IMG/VR virus record: IMGVR_UViG_3300032607_001790
Strand: one strand, 5' to 3'
Source of the DNA: an uncultured virus (IMG/VR IMGVR_UViG_3300032607_001790)
Taxonomy: Duplodnaviria > Heunggongvirae > Uroviricota > Caudoviricetes
DNA length: 64,000 nucleotides
How positions within the stretch are numbered: position 1 is the first letter of the stretch; each line of letters opens with the position of its first letter. This document shows, in pieces, positions 9,214 through 20,300 of the stretch. The notes under the pieces are model-generated. The model searched no databases, was not told where the DNA came from, and worked only from the letters and a program-made list of their open reading frames with translations. Made by a program: the position numbers and the translations under genes.

Positions 9214-10959
9214 TTACACTTGCTCCTCCCAAGTTAACGAAGCGCTCATGTTTGCCGATGCACCAACACCTTGCGCAAATACATATAACGTATCACCAGC
9301 GGCAGCAGTCAATGGGTAAGATAAATAGTCTTTGTTGTAACCAAAATATGGAGCTAAATCAATATCTACGCCACCAGCGCCTACGAAAAATGTAGCAACA
9401 TCCGTTCCACCACTTATGGTTACAATACCACTGCTTGTAGTTGCATTTGTTGGGCTCAAGGTGTTTGCACTGGTAAAAGAAGGAGTGCCAGAAACAGTAG
9501 TAGGATTTTTTATAAGTTTTACTACAGCACGACCACTACTACCCACACCTAAACGAGTGGGATAAACTTGCATGCGATTGCGAATTGAATTAACATTTTC
9601 TTTTATTTGCAATCCAATTAACATTGTGCCGCTTGTTGTTACGGAGCGATCAGCATTATTGCTTGATGATCTGACTGTAACGGTGCCTTTATCGCCACCA
9701 TCAATGTAGTAAGAAGCACCATATTTATAAATTGCACATTCATTTGAGCTGGACGATTTTTGCGCTAGGTAAGAGATGGGAAGTGTGGGGTTACCTAAGC
9801 TAGGGCTAGTGAGTTGATTAGAAGCTCGTATGTGATGCATCCGAGCCCATCGTGCTTCCCCAGTAGTAGTAGCATCAGGCACGTAAGCCAAGAAATGTCC
9901 GCCAACTGCACCATACCAACTATATTCAACTTTAAACATTGTTACTTTTGAAAAATCAATATCCCAAATGCTTGTTTTGGTAACAATGTCATTATTTACA
10001 TCTGTTACGGATGTACCATTTGTATATGTCACTACAGGATTACCTGCGGTGCCTCCAACTGCTAATGTAAAAGAAACACGTCCTGGCGTTTTATCTGCGT
10101 AATATTGTGTTTTTGTTTGTGCATCTAAACGATCATGACTAAAATATTTACGTGGCACACGATATTCATATGTGTACCTATACTCATTTTCTACTGAAAT
10201 AAAGCTACCAGCAACAGCAGTCACACCATCCGAAGAAGCAATGTTACCAATGCTTACGCCTCCAGCGCCACGAACGCTGCGATCAAAAAGACCAGCATGA
10301 ATATAAGTAAGACCAGCTCGCACAATTACCAAATCTGTTCCTGCTGTACCAACATCACCGTCTGCTGTATTTGGCGTCAGAATGCCTGATTCATTGCTAC
10401 CAAATGCACTTGTTCTTCTTACGCAATAGCAATTGAAATCTTTACTGGCTGCATCTGATTGGCCACCACCTTGCATTTCTATATAATAACCATCACGTTT
10501 ATCAAAAGCACCAAATTTCTTGATATCAGTGGAATCATTTGTGTTGGAACTCCTCACTCCAAACGTAGCGGCACTTACTCGTCCCGGTTGATAGCGAAAG
10601 AAACGCCTACTACTTAAGATTTGATAATTATTGGTTGTAGCATCGCCAAGATACACCTTAGCCGCGCTTTCGTTTGGAATATGATCGCTTTCACCACCGC
10701 CTTCGCTAGACCATTCACTAGGATTAATGTCGTAAGTGGTAACATCAGCAAAAATACCAAGCGCTACTTCAGCACGAGGAATACCAAGCAAACTTAAACT
10801 TACTTCACTGATTTGTTGGTTTGCTACTTCCACCGGCACTGGCGTTTGATCACTAGCAATCACCACTGGCAAACTTACTGCCATCGTTTGCTGACCAGGA
10901 GGAATCGGCGCAGTACGACCTACCGTTACAACTGATACGCCTTCTTTCAAGTCAGCCAT
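9214..10959 (-). CDS. Virion structural/tail-tip protein (581 aa)
   Basis: Same motifs as 6819-9209, beta-rich, in the tail operon. Confidence 0.6.
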   Translation of the reverse strand: MADLKEGVSVVTVGRTAPIPPGQQTMAVSLPVVIASDQTPVPVEVANQQISEVSLSLLGIPRAEVALGIFADVTTYDINPSEWSSEGGGESDHIPNESAAKVYLGDATTNNYQILSSRRFFRYQPGRVSAATFGVRSSNTNDSTDIKKFGAFDKRDGYYIEMQGGGQSDAASKDFNCYCVRRTSAFGSNESGILTPNTADGDVGTAGTDLVIVRAGLTYIHAGLFDRSVRGAGGVSIGNIASSDGVTAVAGSFISVENEYRYTYEYRVPRKYFSHDRLDAQTKTQYYADKTPGRVSFTLAVGGTAGNPVVTYTNGTSVTDVNNDIVTKTSIWDIDFSKVTMFKVEYSWYGAVGGHFLAYVPDATTTGEARWARMHHIRASNQLTSPSLGNPTLPISYLAQKSSSSNECAIYKYGASYYIDGGDKGTVTVRSSSNNADRSVTTSGTMLIGLQIKENVNSIRNRMQVYPTRLGVGSSGRAVVKLIKNPTTVSGTPSFTSANTLSPTNATTSSGIVTISGGTDVATFFVGAGGVDIDLAPYFGYNKDYLSYPLTAAAGDTLYVFAQGVGASANMSASLTWEEQV

Positions 10960-10965
10960 AATTCC

Positions 10966-11664
10966 TCAAGGAAAACAATTGGAGAAAGTGGTGCCTACGA
11001 TTACTCCGCCGCCCGCCACTGTATCTTGTTTTAGTCTATAAACATTTCCACCAATTCCTGAGGCTGTAACACCAGAAAGAGTGGCAATGGTGAAAGAATA
11101 AGGGGCAACATAAGTAAGCCCCGTCAAATTAGTGTAGATGCGGGCACTTGTGCTATTGTAGTTGATGCCACTAGAAGTGGTGGTGCCACCAAACACCACT
11201 CGTTCTGTAGCACCAAGCCCATGATTAGTTTGAGAAATAAATACGCCACTACTAACACTAATTAAACTAGCTAATTCATCTTGTTTTTCAATACGAACAT
11301 CCCATGACAATGAACCTTGCACTTCATTTTCAGTGTAAGCAGTAGGGAAGAAACTTTGACTAATAGCTGCATTTTGTGGTTCCTCGGCTGCATCCCAAAT
11401 TGTTGCCACTTGAGACGAAGTAAGCCATAGTCTTACCACACCATTGCGAAACGGTTCCTGCTTTTCTACATTAAAAGCAGTAACTTGAGATAGGACTCCA
11501 GCCGCTGTATATTTCCATACAGAAGCGCATACTGTTACTAAACTTAAATCAAATGGCTCACCATCACTATCTTGCAATAATAATCCAAAACCATCAAAAA
11601 AGTCCCTACGCAATAAATGCAAATTAATTTGAGGAACAAGCTTAGTAGCAAGAAAAGTGCTCAT
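10966..11664 (-). CDS. Putative baseplate/fibre attachment protein
   Basis: Operon position. The N-terminal LQDSDGEPFDLS..GVVRLWLTSSQ pattern resembles fibre-anchoring (BppU-like) domains. Confidence 0.4.
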   Translation of the reverse strand: MSTFLATKLVPQINLHLLRRDFFDGFGLLLQDSDGEPFDLSLVTVCASVWKYTAAGVLSQVTAFNVEKQEPFRNGVVRLWLTSSQVATIWDAAEEPQNAAISQSFFPTAYTENEVQGSLSWDVRIEKQDELASLISVSSGVFISQTNHGLGATERVVFGGTTTSSGINYNSTSARIYTNLTGLTYVAPYSFTIATLSGVTASGIGGNVYRLKQDTVAGGGVIVGTTFSNCFP

Positions 11665-12071
11665 ACCACCTCTCGATATGAAAGCATCACCGTGTAAGTA
11701 GTAGAACCACTTACTACGGCATTAATTTTTTCACCAATAGCACTTTCAAAGAGCCCTAAAGGATTGCTTTGTACTAGGTTACCATTAGCGGCAATATGAA
11801 ATGGAGGCGTTTTATCCGTTGCTCCACCGCTTTGTAGTTTTACAGTGCAACCAGATAAAGATGTTATTGCCATTGCCATCACTCGCAATTTAGTGCTAGC
11901 TACAAGAGGAATTACATCTGCATTGCCGCTAGCCGAAACAAAAGCGCTTTTCAATTGAGCGCTAATTAGTAAATCATTACTAACAATATAAGGATCACCA
12001 ACAGCTCCGGCTCCAGTTGCTTTTATGTAAGCAGCATTACCAGCAGCATCAAGTCCAAAAAGATTTGCCAT
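11661..12071 (-). CDS. Hypothetical virion protein
   Basis: Coupled ORF in the tail operon. Confidence 0.5.
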   Translation of the reverse strand: MANLFGLDAAGNAAYIKATGAGAVGDPYIVSNDLLISAQLKSAFVSASGNADVIPLVASTKLRVMAMAITSLSGCTVKLQSGGATDKTPPFHIAANGNLVQSNPLGLFESAIGEKINAVVSGSTTYTVMLSYREVV

Positions 12072-12072
12072 A

Positions 12073-12471
12073 TCAAAGAATCAAGAAAAGGTAACGCTGG
12101 TTAGGCACTTCTGTACCATTGATTAATCTTACTGTTTGAGTTGTAGTAAAATCAAACGCCAATGGACTAGAAAATGCTACTTTACTGTAAGCATAGGGGG
12201 AACGAATGCCATTGATGCCTATTGTAGCAATTCTAATTTGATAAGTCGCCTGTCCGGTGTAATTATCACTAGGAAAACGAATGTAATTTGTAGCGCTACG
12301 GCCAATATTGGTCCACAATTGATTCTCTACGTCTAAATAGTCAACATCAAACAATGCTATAAAAGGATTGTTTTGCAATGGGTTCCAGCAAATGGCTGAA
12401 TTAACTGCTCCGTTAAGAATTGAATACGACGAATATTGAGGATAATCCCATGCCACTTCATTATAAGCCAT
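12073..12471 (-). CDS. Fibronectin type III-like tail-tip protein
   Basis: W...FDVDY...TYQIRIATIGING.RSPY pattern. Overlaps the gpJ stop codon. Confidence 0.45.
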   Translation of the reverse strand: MAYNEVAWDYPQYSSYSILNGAVNSAICWNPLQNNPFIALFDVDYLDVENQLWTNIGRSATNYIRFPSDNYTGQATYQIRIATIGINGIRSPYAYSKVAFSSPLAFDFTTTQTVRLINGTEVPNQRYLFLIL

Positions 12472-14603
12472 TACGACACCGTTCCAAGCTTAATACTACC
12501 TGCTGATATAAGTGGAAGTATTTGTAGTCTAGTGAATGAAACCCGTTTGGAACCTAATTGAGGACTATCGGCAATTGCAAATTTATCTTCATTATAAAGC
12601 GACGCTATTAAGGTCACTTCTCCTTGATTTTCATTAATTGAAATCACTCGAAACTTTCTCACCCCATCGCTATTCTCTTGTAACACCCATGGAGCGCCTG
12701 TTGTCGGCGTTGTAGAAAGTGCTGCATTCAAACTGAGCACAGTTGCTGCACCAGGAGTGTTGAGCACCGTACGGCTTTGCAGTGAGCCATCAGGAAGCAT
12801 CACCGTTAATGAATAGGACTTGCTTGTCAATATTGCAAAAGAAGAATCAATGGTAATGGCAGTTGTGGTGGCACTAACAATTCTTCCCCCATAGCGTTTT
12901 CCTCCTTTAATTGGATCAGCAATACCAATAACTTCTCCTGGTAAAACAAAAAAGCCTTCTGTACCAGTTTTAAATGTTACAGTTTCTACATCTAATTGAT
13001 CTGTTAATAAAATCCACCTTCCAATACGTTGCGCTTGTCCTTGAGAAGTGGTGCCAAATGCTCTTGCTTCCACTTCGTGGTAACCATAGCGATCAATTCC
13101 TTCACTATCTTCTACATATTCAATTTTGCTTTTATATGAATCCTCAGGATCATTCCAGCTAATTAATGCTACAGTTTTTCTTGCTTTACGTGCAGTGCCT
13201 TCATAAGCAAATGGTGGTGATGTTACATTACCATTATCATCAATTTCTTGTATAACATTAGCAGGTGAAAATATCTTGCTAATAGCTTTTGGCACATCTT
13301 GAATTGCAACAACAGAACCTTCCGCAAAATATAACATACCACGAAAAGCAGCAGCTAAACTATTCAGTACACTATAAGCTTCACCTCTATCTGTAATGTA
13401 AGCATTAAAAGTAAATCGTGGTTCCAAACCACCTTTACCATTACTAACCAGTTCGTCACAATATTGAGCAACAGGCAGAAGACTATAGCGATCCACTTGG
13501 CTTTCAGCTATAAACTGTCCTGCACCATACCTGCTATTTGTTAATAAATCATAAAATACCCACACTGGATTATTACTCCATTCTGTCTTAAATGTACCAT
13601 TCCAAATGCCTGAATAGGTACGACCAATGGGATTATAATTCTGAGGAATTTTGATTTTTACACCTAACATATCAGCCGCTACTGTTGGCACTGACGAGAA
13701 ATTTTCAGCACCAATCTTTAATCCTAGCAATGCAGTATTAGGATAACGGAATGATTGATTTATGATTCCTACAATTGCTTTAAAATATAAATCATTACTT
13801 TCAGTGGTACTAACAGGATCAGCAAGTGTTCTTTCTACACTTACTATCCATGGACCATTACCGCTTAATGAATACTCGTATTCAAAATCAACTGGTCCTC
13901 TTGATTTACCACCAATCACTTTATTATCATTAACAATAACGCCACCACCATCAGCTTGAATTTGAATATTAAAGCTTACAAATCCTCCCTTTACATCACC
14001 ATTATCTTTATTAACATAAAACAATGAGCCAATTCCAATTCTTACTCGCACACGATTGAATAAACTGCTAGTTGTAACCCTAAATACACGACCTGCAGCT
14101 CTTGTAAGTTTAATATTTACACCTTGCTCTGCTCTTACATCATCAAAACCTGGCATCGGATCTTGATTTTGTATTCCCACTCGATAATCAGCAACAATAG
14201 TATTCACACCGCCAGTAGATTCATTGCGAATTAATCCTGGTATTGAGCTTGAAATAGCAGAAATTAAGCTTCCTTTGCCTTGTGCATTAGAAGAAGATCC
14301 CGTATAAAAACCAACAATTGAAAAATTAGAACTGCCGTCTCGGTTCTTTAATGGCACTCCATCCAGGAAAATACGAGTGAGTGGATCTACACCATCTTCA
14401 AAACCTTGTACTTCCCCTTCTGATAATACAGCAACAAAACTAGCTTCCGATCTGCTTCGTAAGGATTCTGGATCTTCTTCTGGTTTACGTGCACTACCAC
14501 CACCGCCTTTTCCTTTGCCTCCACCGCCGCCTCCGCCGCCTTTACCCCCGCCACCAGCGCCACTGTAAACAATTTCTTCTTCTAATGCCATTGGTAAAGT
14601 CAT
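12471..14603 (-). CDS. Tail tip central fibre/host-specificity protein J-like (710 aa)
   Basis: GAGGGGKGGG start, LSEGEVQG, YPNTAL, WSNNPVWVFYDLLTN.RYG, EPRFTFN and GQAQRIGRWIL motifs. Confidence 0.92.
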   Translation of the reverse strand: MTLPMALEEEIVYSGAGGGGKGGGGGGGGKGKGGGGSARKPEEDPESLRSRSEASFVAVLSEGEVQGFEDGVDPLTRIFLDGVPLKNRDGSSNFSIVGFYTGSSSNAQGKGSLISAISSSIPGLIRNESTGGVNTIVADYRVGIQNQDPMPGFDDVRAEQGVNIKLTRAAGRVFRVTTSSLFNRVRVRIGIGSLFYVNKDNGDVKGGFVSFNIQIQADGGGVIVNDNKVIGGKSRGPVDFEYEYSLSGNGPWIVSVERTLADPVSTTESNDLYFKAIVGIINQSFRYPNTALLGLKIGAENFSSVPTVAADMLGVKIKIPQNYNPIGRTYSGIWNGTFKTEWSNNPVWVFYDLLTNSRYGAGQFIAESQVDRYSLLPVAQYCDELVSNGKGGLEPRFTFNAYITDRGEAYSVLNSLAAAFRGMLYFAEGSVVAIQDVPKAISKIFSPANVIQEIDDNGNVTSPPFAYEGTARKARKTVALISWNDPEDSYKSKIEYVEDSEGIDRYGYHEVEARAFGTTSQGQAQRIGRWILLTDQLDVETVTFKTGTEGFFVLPGEVIGIADPIKGGKRYGGRIVSATTTAITIDSSFAILTSKSYSLTVMLPDGSLQSRTVLNTPGAATVLSLNAALSTTPTTGAPWVLQENSDGVRKFRVISINENQGEVTLIASLYNEDKFAIADSPQLGSKRVSFTRLQILPLISAGSIKLGTVS

Positions 14604-15205
14604 TACACTGCTGCTTGTTGAGTGGAAAGAGAAGAACTAATAATCAATGGACTTTGAGCTAAAAATCTACCATAAAGCAATGGTATTGGTGCACCTTGAG
14701 ATGTTAATTCTGTTGCACGGTCAAACAAAAAACTTTCTTTACGTTCTGCATCACCTTTTGGCGCTTCTACCGGTGGTGTAAGTAATGATGCAATACCAGT
14801 TAGAACTAATCCCACACCAAAATTAAACAATAAACTTCCCACACCAATTGGTGTCGCACCGAAAGTACCAATGGCAGCAGCGCCTACACCAGGAACAAAA
14901 GCTAATGCAACTAATGCCACCCCTATTAAAATTCGTCCTACAGTCCCCCCACCGCTAATGATTGGTGCAATTACAAGACGGTTACAGCCCATTAACACAT
15001 TGGAATAATCCATGCCGTCTGGATCATCATTTATAAGTTTAAATCCAATTCCATGTTCATGAGCGTCAACCATATATCGCTTGAATCCATCCAATTGATT
15101 GCATAAAGCAGACATCACATCTTTAGGGGAATTAGCCATGAATTCATAGCTACGGCCAAACTTTCGCCCTAATTCTCCCAGTAGTTTTACTTTAATTAAT
15201 TGCAT
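14603..15205 (-). CDS. Tail assembly protein I-like
   Basis: VKLLGELGRKFGR...QGAPIPLLYG, located between K and J. Confidence 0.88.
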   Translation of the reverse strand: MQLIKVKLLGELGRKFGRSYEFMANSPKDVMSALCNQLDGFKRYMVDAHEHGIGFKLINDDPDGMDYSNVLMGCNRLVIAPIISGGGTVGRILIGVALVALAFVPGVGAAAIGTFGATPIGVGSLLFNFGVGLVLTGIASLLTPPVEAPKGDAERKESFLFDRATELTSQGAPIPLLYGRFLAQSPLIISSSLSTQQAAV

Positions 15206-15915
15206 AATAAATCTTTGTGCCTCAATATTCTATTTGTTACCTTAGCCCAGTAGCCACCATAAACATTTTGTTCTGAAATGCGGCCCATTAAATGCTGATA
15301 AAAAATATTTGATGCTGGCGACACAATGAAACCAGCGTGGTTTGGAAATGAAGCTTGCATCTGCATCAACAGCATATCGCCTTTTTTCATGGGACCGTCA
15401 CAATCAATAAATCCTTGTTGCTCTACATTTTTTTCAAACATTCGCCATTCTGAATTTTCCCATTCGCCTTCTTCACCACGATCAAAATCATCCAACATAA
15501 TATTAAATTCCCTACCATAGAAATCTTTCATTAATGCATAGCAATCATAAATGCCATATTGCCATGGTCGGCCAAGGTACGGAGCATTTCCTGAAGGATC
15601 AATTTCCACCCATTGATTTGCACCAGTACAATACAAAACCCAAGGTAGTTTGCTTTGCTTACATGCTGCAATATCATGACTACTAAAACTATCTAATAAA
15701 TTTGGATGAGAATGAAATATGGCTTGGATGACGCCTTTGTCCGATGCTTTTGCATAATCTTTAGCATCAATGGCAAAATAATTTAATGGGAAAGCATGTA
15801 CATTGTTGCATGGTAGATATTCATTATTTACAATTAAACCACATGCTTCTTCAGGGAAACATTGCATAGCATGAATTTTCATGGTTGCATATAAAGCTGA
15901 AAATTGCTCAATCAT
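15196..15915 (-). CDS. Tail assembly protein K-like (JAB + NlpC/P60)
   Basis: PEEACG, FHSHP, S.HD, LGRPWQYGIYDCY and NHAG motifs. Confidence 0.92.
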   Translation of the reverse strand: MIEQFSALYATMKIHAMQCFPEEACGLIVNNEYLPCNNVHAFPLNYFAIDAKDYAKASDKGVIQAIFHSHPNLLDSFSSHDIAACKQSKLPWVLYCTGANQWVEIDPSGNAPYLGRPWQYGIYDCYALMKDFYGREFNIMLDDFDRGEEGEWENSEWRMFEKNVEQQGFIDCDGPMKKGDMLLMQMQASFPNHAGFIVSPASNIFYQHLMGRISEQNVYGGYWAKVTNRILRHKDLLCN

Positions 15916-17033
15916 CGCGCTAAGTTAGCTCCAGGAAAAGCACCAAAAGGTAGTGATACATTCGGGAATCTTAATTGACAACTTTTTAATCGTTTACCGC
16001 AAATATCAAGACTGAATACATTATCATCCACTGGTAAAGCAGCAACGGCAGCAACTAACGCGGCCTCAGCGGCATTATAAGCTGCAAGTGCTGTTGTAAT
16101 ATTAGCATCAGCAGTTGCTAAATTTGCCGTAGCAGTTGCACATCCTGCTGCATTATCTCCCCATTCTTCAATAAAATATTCAGTAGAATTACTACTTTCT
16201 TCATATGATGCTTGCGGTCCCTGTCTATATTGCAATCCTAAATCTACAGGTATGCCTGCCCATAGAGCTTGAGCGGCATTAACAAGATAAGTGCCAGGTA
16301 CATACCTACTATCTAATAGCGAATATGGCGCACAAATATTTAATTGAACTTCTCTAGCCCTGTTCCTAAGAGAAACAGTAGTTGTATATTCCACGTATCG
16401 TTGATCTCTTAATTTGAAAGCATTAATCACAGTTATTGCTTCTGGGCTAGCTCCCGCTAAATCAATGGGTTCGTCATTTTTTGTGAATACTGGTGGTCCA
16501 ACATAGCCGCATTCGCTACTGCGATATTTCCATAAACAATGATTTTGTGTAATAACACGACGAGGTAATTGCAACCCCTCTAAGTCCATGACACTAGCAA
16601 GTTGCCAAGAAATTACTAATGCAGATTCTTCTAACTTACGTTCAATATAAAAAATATCAATGGGAAATTCTTGTGTTATATCAGCAGATGGTTCACCATC
16701 TAAATATTTAGCAAATGTGCGTCGTCTTGTAACTTTACTTCCTACTAAATCATCATAATCTTTTATTGCAGAACTAAGTGTTCCTAAGATATTTGCAACT
16801 GTTAAAGAAGGCTGTGCAATTTGACCAGTGGTATTACGTTCATAACCTGTTGATAAAATTGGCAATGCTTCGTAAGTGTTACCTTTCCATGCGATAAGAG
16901 AAGAATCTGGCTTTAATTGATTTGTGAAATAATAAATATCATTGGCATCTCCTGTGATAGAAGATAAATCAATATCATACATTTCTACAATGGCATCATG
17001 CCATCCTTTTTGAATATCAGTTTCTAGGGTCAT
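15912..17033 (-). CDS. Minor tail protein L-like
   Basis: VTRRRTFAKYLD, LPRR..C.WKYRSSECGY and DICGKRLKSCQLRF..LPFGAFPG (Fe-S cysteines). Confidence 0.92.
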   Translation of the reverse strand: MTLETDIQKGWHDAIVEMYDIDLSSITGDANDIYYFTNQLKPDSSLIAWKGNTYEALPILSTGYERNTTGQIAQPSLTVANILGTLSSAIKDYDDLVGSKVTRRRTFAKYLDGEPSADITQEFPIDIFYIERKLEESALVISWQLASVMDLEGLQLPRRVITQNHCLWKYRSSECGYVGPPVFTKNDEPIDLAGASPEAITVINAFKLRDQRYVEYTTTVSLRNRAREVQLNICAPYSLLDSRYVPGTYLVNAAQALWAGIPVDLGLQYRQGPQASYEESSNSTEYFIEEWGDNAAGCATATANLATADANITTALAAYNAAEAALVAAVAALPVDDNVFSLDICGKRLKSCQLRFPNVSLPFGAFPGANLAR

Positions 17034-17370
17034 AGATCTGCTCTACAGCAAAAGAAAATTTGTTGCTATTGGGACCAAGACTAGCCCATTGCCATTGATT
17101 TGGTGATAAGCGATATTTATATAAATGGTCATCCATGAAGAATTGCGAATAGAAAAAATCACCTTGCAATGCAGCTAGCTGCGCATCTAGTGCTATTGCA
17201 ATGGTATCAGCAATTGGTACTGTATCGATTTGGTATTTCCTGATTTCATTATTTATACCATCAGGAGCTATTTGCGCATAGCCATCACCAAATTTTGTTT
17301 CTTTAGTGCGAATGCCTCTTACGACTGTAAGGCCATATTCACAAGGTAAAGCTAATGTTGGTTGAGCCAT
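17017..17370 (-). CDS. Minor tail protein M-like
   Basis: KFGDGYAQ..PDGIN motif directly after the tape measure gene. Confidence 0.88.
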   Translation of the reverse strand: MAQPTLALPCEYGLTVVRGIRTKETKFGDGYAQIAPDGINNEIRKYQIDTVPIADTIAIALDAQLAALQGDFFYSQFFMDDHLYKYRLSPNQWQWASLGPNSNKFSFAVEQIYDPRN

Positions 17371-17372
17371 GA

Positions 17373-20300
17373 TTAACGCCTCCCTGCTAGAACACCGCCT
17401 GGCCTTAATTCAGCTACGATCACTTGTTTTACAGCCCCTTCAATTTTACGTCCTAAGTCTACAGAATTAGAACCGTTTGCATTGCTTGAGCTTTGCCCAT
17501 CGGAACTTACATTTACCACAATATTACTGGTGACATTATTTGTAGCAGCAGCAGCACCACCAAGCTCCACAGGAACGCTTCTGCCATCGGGAAGTGGAAT
17601 GATAGCTTCGTTATAGCGACCTTCGCCTACGAGGCCCAAAGTAGGGCCTGTGACCATACCACCATCAGCAAATGCAGTGAAGCCTCCAGTCCATACAGCA
17701 CCATTAGCTGCAGTTTGCATTCCTGTACTTATTACGCCGGGAAGACTGAAGCCCGCACCGGATTGCAAATTAGGCGCCACTGGTGCAGCCCCAAGAGTAG
17801 CACCGGCCACTGCAGCGCCAGGGGCGAACATGCTAAATATGCTCATAAGCCCTTGTATTGCTTGCATTTCAATCCATTTCGAGATTATCCTGCTGCCCAT
17901 ATCCAAGAAATAATCTCCAACACTTTGGAATAAAGAAGCCATAGATTCTTTAACAGTTTTGCTGCCGGTAATCATATCTTTAAACGAACTACCAAATGCT
18001 TCTCCTATGGATTTAGCGCCACCAATTGCCATTGAAGACGCACTACTCATTTCTACTAATTCTCTTTTTGCTTCATTTACTTGTTTTGCTAATTTAACCA
18101 TTGGTGATTCAACGGCTAGCGCAGCAGTTCTTTCTAGTTGCTCATTAAATAATCTTTGCTTTTCTGGAATACCAGCAATTTCAAGGTTATATCCTGCGGT
18201 CAAATTTGTTAAAGATTTTATTTGCTCTTTGTCTTCTAGAGTTGTAATTTTTTTGCCTTTTAGTTTTGTTAATTCTTCGTTATTTTTAGCTATTTCCTCA
18301 TTTAACGTTTGCAAATTATATGCATTTTCTTTGACTGCTTTATATTTTTGTACTTCCATATCAATAATTTCCTTAGAAGCGCCTTTTAGCTCAAGATTAT
18401 TGCGCATTTCAAGCAGGTCATTTTCTAATTTTTGCTCTTTTACGGGGAAAATAGAATCTATATTTTGCTGCACTAAAGTAATAGTTTGCTCAAGTGCAAG
18501 ATTATTTGCTCTTCTAATTGTTTCTAGTTTTTCTAGAGCCTTATTTTGTACGTCTTGTTGCTCTACTGCAAGGTTACCTTCAGCTTTATCTTCACGACGC
18601 CCCATGGCATATTCGCCTGGCCTTGTGTTGAGACCAACCGCGCCACCTTGCAAGCCTTTTCCTTCAATTAAACTAGATAATCCTGGTGTTAATTTAATTT
18701 TTTCGTCAGGAGTTGGTACATGCAGATGAATATTTTGACCACCTTTTCCGGCCCCATGTCCACGCGGATCTCTCTCTGGACCAAAAAGTTGATCGCCAAA
18801 TGCTCCAGTAGCCTTCAGCTTTCTTTCCATTGCAATTGTTTTGCGCAATGCGTCCGCATCACTCCCTCCCAAAATCCCATAATCCATTGCATTACGCATG
18901 TGATCAGGCGTCTGGTGACCTTTATTAGTAAAATCTCCACTTGTACGACTAAATCCTTCGGATTCCAAATATTTCCGCAACACGCTTCTGTCAACGTATT
19001 TAGAAGTACCTCCTGGATTGCCACCACTGACTGCCGCTGCCTTTACAGTTGCTGATCTTAAATCTTGAACAGCTTTAACTGCATCTAATTCTGCTTTCCT
19101 AATGCTATCAATACGACGATTTTCAATTGCTTTTAAATCTTGTTGGAATTTCTTTTGACGAGCTTCAATGGAATCAAGTCCTGATATTTGACGCTCAAAA
19201 TAGTCATCTTGTAAGGCTCTCTGGTGATCATATTCAGCATCGCTCATTCTTAAGCGACTATCAAAAGTGCTTTGATCAAGAGCAACTCGACGGTTTGCTG
19301 CATCTTGATCTAATTGTTGCTGTCTAGTTGCAAGTGTATCTTGTGATTTTGCTAGTTTTTTTTCTTCGTCCTCCCTCTTTTTCTTATCCGCTTCTGTTTC
19401 TCCTTCGTTGGTTCCTGTACCTAACGTGGGTGCATTTAGTCCAAGCCGTTTTGCGTTACGCAATGCCTGTTGCTGCTGTTCTTTTAAAAGAATTGAAGAC
19501 TTGCGTGTTTCGGCTGAAATTTGCCCAGCCTGCTCTCGTGCTTGGGACAATTGTGGCATCAAGAATGCTTGAATCTCAAATCCTTTTCCTCCTTTTTTGA
19601 GTTGATTGCCAGAAATAATTCCAGCAATTTCATTGGAATATTCCGCCGCACCCTTCAATGATGCCATGTCACTAGTGGAAATTATTGGCCTACCTCCACC
19701 TTTCATGATTGCCCTGTTAGTGTCATGTATACGCTCAAGAGTTTTAAGTCCTTCCGACACAACTCTATTTTTAGCCAATTCTTGATTTAATTGAGCTGTC
19801 ACTGGAAGCACTTGGCCCATAGCAGCGGCATTTGCTCCTTCTTTTATTGCATCCTTAGAAGCTTCTCCCGCTTCTTTAGCTCTATCTCTCATAGATAAGA
19901 ATGCCGTTGCAAGAGATCCCACTAAAACCACTAAAAGTCCAATGCCGGTACTGGCTATTAATCCTTTTACTGCGGTGCCAAATCCAATTGTGGCAATTTC
20001 AGCACCAGTAGCTTGTACTCCAACAATCCTAAATGCGCCTGCCAATACAGTGCTTTTAGCCGCTGCTGCCATGCTAATAGTTCCGTTAGCCGCCACCACT
20101 GCATTCACAGTCGCCAATGTCCCCGTAAATAATAGGGTTGCTAGTCTTATAGCAGTGAAGCCCAAAGCAAAAAGTATAAGATTTCCAACTATAGATGTAA
20201 AATTACCGCCAAGAATAGTAAGGAACGGGCTTAGCACGTTGCCAATAACGCCAGCCAAGTTCATCACAAAAGTACCAGCTTTTGCTAGCTCAGTGGTAAA

